Assembly: GCA_013265495.1 (NCBI GenBank)
Contig: MU058233.1
Span: 285,038 to 345,037 of the forward strand
From: Vicugna vicugna
Taxonomy: Eukaryota
Reading direction: 5' to 3'
Length of the DNA: 60,000 nt
This document shows positions 58,803-60,000 of this stretch, one piece after another. Below the pieces are notes generated by a model, which saw only the letters and a list, made by a program, of their open reading frames with translations, did not search any database and was not told where the DNA came from. The position numbers and the translations under genes are program-made. Position 1 is the stretch's first letter. Each line of letters begins with the position of its first letter.

Positions 58803-59479
58803 CTGCCAACGGTACTATTAGTTCTGTAATAATTCTATTTGCATCCATGCCTTTAAAAAATGTCAGAAAATCTTGCAATGTCCAGAGCAAGTATATCTGT
58901 AAAGCCATGTGTTGATGTGCTACTTATATTTTTTTCTAATATGCATGAACAATCTATCCATGTGAGGCATCCCCTGGGAAGTGGTCTCCTGGAGCAGCAG
59001 TGGTTAAAGCGGGACATTGTGAGACAGAGCAGTGGAGAAAAGTGGACGGCACGACTGTCAATGGAACTGCTTAAGTTATAGTTCACCAACATACAACAGA
59101 CATTTCTCTCATTTTCTTAACAACCACACAAAAATCTCAGGGTGATCTCTGATGAATTGAACTGCCAAATCCTTGCCAAGTCTATTATAGCTGGTAATGA
59201 TTTTTTTATTAGTGCTCAGAGTGCCAAAATAAACTTATAAACTCATAAGGCGGTGGCAGCAGAATCAGCTGGCACCGAATTCACTTGCATGGGACATTCT
59301 TGCTGTGATTGCAGAATCCAGCAAGGATGAGGGCTTCTCAGGTTCAGCAGGGGGACTGGTTGTCGGGGTGTCCCTCCATCTGGGCTGACCTCAGTGTGTG
59401 GCATCCCGGCATCACAGCAAAGGGTCCTCACCTGGGCTCTGGCCTCGCAGGGCCACAGGCGGAGTTTGTGCCTGTGTGA

Positions 59480-59780
59480 GAAACGGCCAGTTCTCCAAAG
59501 CGGTTTTGCAGTGTATTCTCCCACCAGCCGTGCTCAGAGCTCCGACTGCTCCACGCTCCCACCAGCCCCTGGTGCTGTTGGTCTGTTGGGCTGTTCTAGA
59601 AGGTGTGCGGTGCCCCCCTCCCCCGGTTTTGCATTTCCCTAGTGACTCTGTGGTGGGCGTCTTTCCATGCGCCTGTTAGCATCCTGTCTACCTCCCTTTG
59701 TGAAATATCTGTTCGAGGCCTTTGCCCATTTTTCATTTGGGTTTTTCGCATCAGGATTTTCAAATTCTTTCCAGGTAATG
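59480..59780 (-). mobile_element. Old L1M fragment, antisense
   Basis: ttctccaaagcggttttgcagtgtattctcccaccagc...ttttgcatttccct...gaaatatctgttcgaggcctttgcccatttttc. Confidence 0.7.
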
Positions 59781-60000
59781 CTAATAAGGATCAAAGTTTG
59801 GGGCAAAACGCAGCCTGGCCAGAGCTCCCTGGTCCTGCAGCTCAGGGTGTCCAGGCTGCTCTGAGACTTAGTTTATCCCTGGACGGCTCTTTGTCAGTGG
59901 AGAGCAGATGCCCGGAAGCCCACTTAAGACCCTCCCAGGGGAAGAGAGAGAACTTTCAAAGGCACAACATTGGAGGGTCTCCGTCCTCCATGGGCAAAGT

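Overview
This is GC-rich mammalian genomic DNA, probably cetartiodactyl and possibly camelid (inferred from the style of the L1 3' ends). It carries the conserved DDX51-NOC4L-GALNT9 block. DDX51 (minus strand, first 11 coding exons, runs off the left edge) and a complete 15-exon NOC4L (plus strand, 515 aa) lie head-to-head across a 166-bp CpG-island promoter. The last six coding exons of GALNT9 (minus strand) occupy 35121-58278. DDX51 intron 2 is expanded to about 8.2 kb by an old, decayed class-I (gamma-like) provirus with two LTRs, a tRNA-Ile-like PBS, gag-pro-pol and a short env remnant, oriented antisense to DDX51. Next to the N-gap, a young L1 joined within ORF1 and an exact 432-bp duplication look like a heterozygous L1 insertion with both alleles assembled in tandem. 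The remainder is old repeats (MLT1/2, L1, L2, MIR, MER5A, MER58, Tigger), tandem repeats and AT-rich homeobox-motif islands that may be enhancers. I found no convincing new protein-coding system; most ORFs in the track are GC-content artefacts.
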